A DNA stretch of 64,000 nucleotides from Methylotenera sp. (lineage in GTDB: Bacteria; Pseudomonadota; Gammaproteobacteria; Burkholderiales; Methylophilaceae): positions 21,006 to 85,005 of the forward strand of contig JBKJOT010000109.1 in NCBI GenBank assembly GCA_046595335.1, read 5' to 3'. Of this stretch, positions 62,909-64,000 are shown piece after piece (within the stretch, counting starts at the first letter, position 1; every line of letters begins with the position of its first letter). Both the position numbers and the translations under genes were made by a program. The notes below the pieces were generated by a model. The model was given only the letters and a program-made list of their open reading frames with translations. It ran no database searches and was not told where the DNA came from.

Positions 62909-64000
62909 ATGACTGCGCTTAAAAAGAATAAATCGCTTAAAGACTTACTGCTGATTCATGAATTGGCTTTTATCTTGCTCGTTATTCTCGCTGCGGCTGC
63001 TGGAGCTATTGGCATCCATTTGTGGGAACAATCTAGCCAGGAATCTAGCCGCATCAATCAACTCGTGCAGGAAGTCCAGCAAACACGCGGAGATCTCTAC
63101 CGGCAGATGAAAGAACTGTTCGATGCCTACTTCCTGGAAGACGAAGGTGCGAAAGCAGAATATGATGAATTTACAATTTCGGTAGAAAAGCATTTCGCGC
63201 AATTGCAAACCATTGCGATTGGACAAGCAGAAAAATCGGCCATTGCTGAATTGCACGCCAGTTATCAACAATTCGTTTTAGAAACTTCTACACTATTCGA
63301 TCAGCATCAAGGCATTAATAACGACGCTACCAAGAAGGCAATTCAGCATGCACTGAATACCGGCCTGGAAACTGGCCTTTTCCAGCGTTATGAGATGTTA
63401 TTAGGCCGCACTGAAAACCTCTTAAATCAAAAGCAGACTGAGCTAAACTCAGAGCTCAAAAACACTCAACGCATCGCCACGCTATTATTAGTCATTCCCC
63501 TTGCGCTGGCTGTGCTGCTATTACTATTTTCTAGGGTGTTCTTAAAACGCGCCATTGTGAAACCGCTCAATGATGTTCTTACGGCAACTACTGAAATCAG
63601 CGCCGGCAATCTTGCGCATCGTGCGCCTGAAGAGGGCGTGCTAGAACTAGCTTCAGTTTCGCAAGCGATTAACAGCATGGCAGATAAACTGGCGAGCAGC
63701 CAAGAAACGCTGGTGCGCACTGAGAAGCAAGCCGCGCAAGGCCTATTGGTGCCGATGCTGGCACATAATATCCGCAATCCCTTGGCGAGCATCCGAGCTA
63801 CCGCACAAGTAATGTCTAGTCCTGATCACGATGAAGAAACCCGTGAGTCTTTAATCGGTATCATCAGTACCGTCGATAGGCTGGAACGCTGGACCGGCGC
63901 CTTGTTAGCTTACTTGCACCCTCTAAAACCGCAGCCAGCCCAAACCCGCATGCGTGATATTGTAGAAGGTGCATTAGCGCCCTTGCAGCAAAAGCTGAAA
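62909..64000 (+). CDS. Sensor histidine kinase, N-terminal 364 codons (runs off the window; not in the ORF track)
   Basis: Hand translation from ATG 62909 is open to base 64000. It shows two TM helices flanking a ~160-aa periplasmic region, a HAMP domain (RVFLKRAIVKPLNDV...AINSMADKL) and the HisKA H-box LAHNIRNPLASI. Confidence 0.85.
   Translation, partial: MTALKKNKSLKDLLLIHELAFILLVILAAAAGAIGIHLWEQSSQESSRINQLVQEVQQTRGDLYRQMKELFDAYFLEDEGAKAEYDEFTISVEKHFAQLQTIAIGQAEKSAIAELHASYQQFVLETSTLFDQHQGINNDATKKAIQHALNTGLETGLFQRYEMLLGRTENLLNQKQTELNSELKNTQRIATLLLVIPLALAVLLLLFSRVFLKRAIVKPLNDVLTATTEISAGNLAHRAPEEGVLELASVSQAINSMADKLASSQETLVRTEKQAAQGLLVPMLAHNIRNPLASIRATAQVMSSPDHDEETRESLIGIISTVDRLERWTGALLAYLHPLKPQPAQTRMRDIVEGALAPLQQKLK

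Noticed and set aside
62945-63792. Two 108-aa minus-strand ORFs (62945-63271 and 63466-63792)
   Set aside because: Both are antisense to a plus-strand frame that stays open from 62909 to the window end and encodes clear TM, HAMP and HisKA features.

Overview
The window is almost entirely core chromosome from a moderate-GC proteobacterium. Gene content and order look betaproteobacterial and methylotroph-like (Methylophilaceae-like), but this is inference, not a search result. From left to right it contains:
- a membrane H+-PPase 3' fragment convergent with soluble ppa
- purC
- a glycolytic/pentose-phosphate block, tkt-gap-pgk-pyk
- rsmE, an unusual HTH-argA fusion and argB
- a HAD nucleotidase and slmA
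- a His-rich repeat protein
- cca and slt
- a complete dcw cluster, mraZ-rsmH-ftsL-ftsI-murE-murF-mraY-murD-ftsW-murG-murC-murB-ddl-ftsQ-ftsA-ftsZ-lpxC, with a recognisable promoter and MraZ operator
- RNase P RNA (rnpB)
- pyrC
- the rsmI/lpoA/yraN/dolP block
- trxA-rho-rpmE2
- a GT39 membrane glycosyltransferase
- the NAD-linked formate dehydrogenase operon fdsGBACD, divergent from the molybdenum-cofactor genes moaA-mobA-mobB-moeA
- tonB and a partial sensor kinase

I see no mobile elements, CRISPR arrays, prophage genes, defence islands, tRNA/rRNA genes or pseudogenes, and no convincing new multi-gene system. The items most worth follow-up are:
- an XRE-type HTH domain fused in frame to N-acetylglutamate synthase, with a perfect 18-bp palindrome just upstream
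- a 515-aa uncharacterised protein with PilZ-like motifs
- a secreted His/Asp/Gly-repeat protein
- an unlisted 58-aa membrane ORF translationally coupled to slt
- several small regulatory repeats
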